Source: Squalus acanthias
Taxonomy: Eukaryota
DNA: 64,000 nt
Direction: 5' to 3'
Assembly (NCBI GenBank): GCA_030390025.1
Contig: CM059434.1
Coordinates: forward strand, 43,772,001-43,836,000
Of this stretch, positions 62,230 through 64,000 are shown piece after piece. A program made the position numbers and the translations under genes. The notes below the pieces were generated by a model. The model made no database searches. It saw only the letters and a list, made by a program, of their open reading frames with translations, and was not told the DNA's origin. How positions within the stretch are numbered: position 1 is the stretch's first letter; each line of letters opens with the position of its first letter.

Positions 62230-62560
62230 TCAGGCGACACCAAACTTTGGTTTTAAAAGCCTATAGATTATAGGAAGGGAAGGCTGAGGGGGTAAGAAGT
62301 TGCAGTTTTGAGGGAAAGAATGAATTAAGAGAAAGAGATGGCGCAATGAGTTTTGATTTCAACACGCTAAGGATGTAGTGGAGGAAGAATGGAACTGAAG
62401 AGGAACAAAGACAGGAAAGTTCAGATGAGCAATGACCACAGTAGTATCCATAAAATGGAGAGAGCAAAGAAAGGCTATGTGAGAGAGAGTTAGATTGAGA
62501 TTGAGATTGGAGGCAAGAGTCTAGAAAGGGTCAGCTATCCGACAACAAGTCAATGTGCAA
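62230..62560 (-). mobile_element. Old LINE ORF2 C-terminal remnant (distinct CR1-group family)
   Basis: LSPFYGYYCGHCSSELS…SFFP…AFPSYNL*AFK resembles the SLFYRYY.G.CSSEL…SFFP…FP.SY.L..FK ending of CR1/Zenon-like LINEs. Confidence 0.6.
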
Positions 62561-64000
62561 CTTTATCATTGCAAGTCCATCCACTTTTTGGTGGCCTTAC
62601 TATTGTCATACTGATGCACATTAATTAGTTTTATACTACAATTTTGGTGTTGGATTAGTGGCCACAAGGCCATTAATGCCTAAATTCCAGTATAAAAGCA
62701 GCTTTGCTCTTTTTCTGTCCCTGACAAACTTTATCCATCTATGTTTCTTCCCTCCTGTAGCTAATCAAGGCAGCAAATGGTCCACTAGCTCTAGGATTCC
62801 CAACCAAAGGGTTACAGTTCAAATCTTAGCCTTCACAGACACTGAAAATCACCTGCAAGTTTCAGCAGTCCTTGACCAGGTTGTGAGATGCTAACTGTAT
62901 GATATGGCCAGTGTCAGTGCACAGTACATTGCTGGCTGCCCAGAGAATCAGTCTATCCTGCCCTGACAGTAAGAGAAGTACATGGCTGGACTTTTGCATC
63001 CTGCCAACTAAATTGAAGTATGAAATGTAGTGAAACCTAACATAGGGTAAATGTTGGCACAGGTAATTATAATTACAATGAAAATCTGCTGAGATTGTAA
63101 TAGGATGAAGTTATGATTTACAGCAAATTGTGAATTTCTCAGTATTGCTCTCCTGTGACAATGCTATTCATATTATGATCCTGAGGCAAGCTGTGGCCCA
63201 CTTCCCTGTCACCCATGACCCTCGGCAGACTTACAGCTCCATGCGTCTCTAGGTCTTCATCTCACTTGACTATGAGATGCTGCTTGAACTGGAATTTAGC
63301 ACTGCTCCCTATCTTTGATTTGCCCTCTGATTTTGCCTCCCTTTGTGGGGCAAACTAGTGTTCCTTCCCCTCACAACCTGCACTTCCTGCTCAACAGCAC
63401 CAGCTGACATTGGTAACTTACTCTGTTGGATAATTCCGGCCCACACAGCTTTTAAAGCTTCTTTGGGAAAAAATATCGTTTCTGTTTTAACTGGCATTAA
63501 ATCGGTGGACTCATTGAGAGTGCCCAAAAGGATGCCTACCTTAAATGGGAAGTAGAAATGTCACAATGGTACAAAAGGAGGTCGCCTTAAAGATTGGAGG
63601 TTAAGGTGCATTGCTAGGGATGTCCACAATTACCTTTTCTTTGACTCTAACTGTGCTGTACCTGACCTGGGAGCGTCTGATGCTGCTACTGGGTGTAAAT
63701 AGTGAAGAATAGAAACAAAAAAATCCATTCCTCAGCACTGACGCACTTCACCACAATTAACACCGGCAAAAAAACCATGAAACAAAACATCTTCAGTGAT
63801 TTTGCCTGACTAAATGATATGAGATAAGAGTAGAGATCGATAAAGCCCCATTTAGGGGTAAACATACAAATAAACAGTGCTCAGGACTTCTTTCCCTCCG
63901 AGTATAAGACAACCATTTTAGCTTCTGTCAGATAGAGAGGCTGACAAATATCAGTAAATCTAAATATTCCTTTAAACAGCTACATATTTCCACTTTGGCC

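Overview
Vertebrate genomic DNA, most likely from a cartilaginous fish (shark-type V-SINE/HE1-like and Deu-domain SINEs, CR1, L2, Penelope-like and PIF/Harbinger repeats). The window appears to lie inside one large minus-strand SoxD transcription-factor gene (SOX6 slightly favoured over SOX5/SOX13). Only two coding exons are visible (48677-48849 and 40107-40175; coiled-coil/Q-box region). The rest is intron, with layered transposon debris and repeat-poor stretches that may be conserved enhancers. Notable structure: (i) minimal type I hammerhead ribozyme motifs from two Penelope-like families, including an opposed pair inside a three-layer CR1>PLE>PLE nest; (ii) two decayed Harbinger elements, each inserted at or beside the hammerhead of the same Penelope-like repeat; (iii) many fold-back MITEs; (iv) local direct duplications and a pre-miRNA-sized hairpin. 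I cannot demonstrate a wholly new system. Nearly all ORFs in the supplied track are spurious or TE fragments, and repeat boundaries were set by eye and are approximate unless a TSD is quoted.
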